DNA from: Octopus sinensis | Lineage: Eukaryota | DNA: 33,000 nt | Direction: 5' to 3' | Assembly: GCF_006345805.1 (NCBI RefSeq) | Contig: NC_042999.1 | Coordinates: 151,063,001 to 151,096,000 of the forward strand | Shown: positions 32,137 through 33,000 of the stretch, piece after piece | Position numbering within the stretch: position 1 is the first letter of the stretch | How the letters are laid out: the number at the start of each line of letters is the position of its first letter | The notes under the pieces: generated by a model | The model's database searches: none | Told to the model about the DNA's origin: nothing | What the model saw: the letters and a program-made list of their open reading frames with translations, nothing else | Program-made: the position numbers and the translations under genes

Positions 32137-32531
32137 CTTTACTACCCACAAGGGGCTAAACACAGAGAGGACAAACAAGGACAGACAAACGGATTAAATC
32201 GACTATATCGACTCCAGTGCGTAACTGGTACTTATTTAATCGACCCCGAAAGGATGAAAGGCAAAGTCGACCTCGGCGGAATTTGACCTCAGAACGTTGC
32301 GGTAGACGAAATACCCATTTCTTTACTGCCCACAAGGGGCTAAACACAGAGAGGACAAACAAGGACAGACAAACGGATTAAGTCGATTACACCGACCCCA
32401 GTGCGTAACTGGTACTTAATTTATCGACCCCGAAAGGATGAAAGGCAAAGTCGACCTCGGCAGAATTTGACCTCAGAATACCGCTAAGCATTTCGCCCGG
32501 CACTCTAACGTTTCTGCCAGCTCACCGCCTT
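32137..32531 (-). mobile_element. Two tandem family A SINE copies (32137-32315 headless; 32316-32531 with head and a 16-nt deletion)
   Basis: Reverse complements of 1946-2165; both carry the TGACCTCAG variant. Confidence 0.88.
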
Positions 32532-32902
32532 GGGTAGAAGTCTTTTGGTAAGTGTCGAGCACATTTCTGAAATGCTCTCACATTTATCAAATATCTCAAA
32601 TAGAGTCACCCAGTTAGTCTGGTGTTAGTGCATTCATTAGTTTGGTGGATAATGACAGTTTATTCTGTCTTTATTTTCATATGTTTGTGATGTATTGTGA
32701 ATTTGGACGTAAACTTTTAGACAGTGGCCCGGTTATTATAAGCTAAATGCGTCGTTTCCTGCAAGGAAAAACTACAATAAGTTAACTAGTTGAAAATTGA
32801 TATGGTTGTTTTAATTTATAACTGCTGGGTGGGGCCAAAAAAGAAAAGATAAAAGCTTAAATTTATATCGCTTAGTTTTACAATAGAAACTAGTGTTTAA
32901 AA

Positions 32903-33000
32903 GAAGGCGGCAAGCTGGTAAAATCGGTAGCATTGTTAGCGTGTCAGAGAAAACATAGTGGCATTTCTTACGACTTTATACGTTCTGAGTTCAAATTCCG
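32903..33000 (+). mobile_element. Family A SINE head, cut by window edge
   Basis: GAAGGCGGCAAGCTGG..ACGTTCTGAGTTCAAATTCCG. Confidence 0.75.

Overview
AT-rich, repeat-saturated eukaryotic DNA. The SINE families and extreme microsatellite density suggest a coleoid cephalopod, probably Octopus (inference from remembered repeat families, not a search). No intact protein-coding gene is evident, and most ORF-track entries are translated microsatellites. The real coding signal comes from decayed retrotransposons: four Penelope-like (PLE; RT/GIY-YIG) fragments, a CRE-clade endonuclease fragment, three RTE-like fragments, and a ~4.5 kb pile-up of R4/Dong-clade (REL endonuclease) fragments stacked in (TAA)n arrays at 15.9-20.4 kb. 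That pile-up also holds two 98%-identical copies of a 557-bp non-coding element. Several tRNA-derived SINE families are present, two copies of which are split by insertions into their internal microsatellite. Other observations: hammerhead-ribozyme-like motifs at PLE ends (one with an apparent compensatory U3-A8 core), a probable non-autonomous Helitron-like family in two copies, local tandem duplications, and two weak candidate host-gene exons at 4.75 and 5.7 kb. Percent identities are from by-eye alignment.
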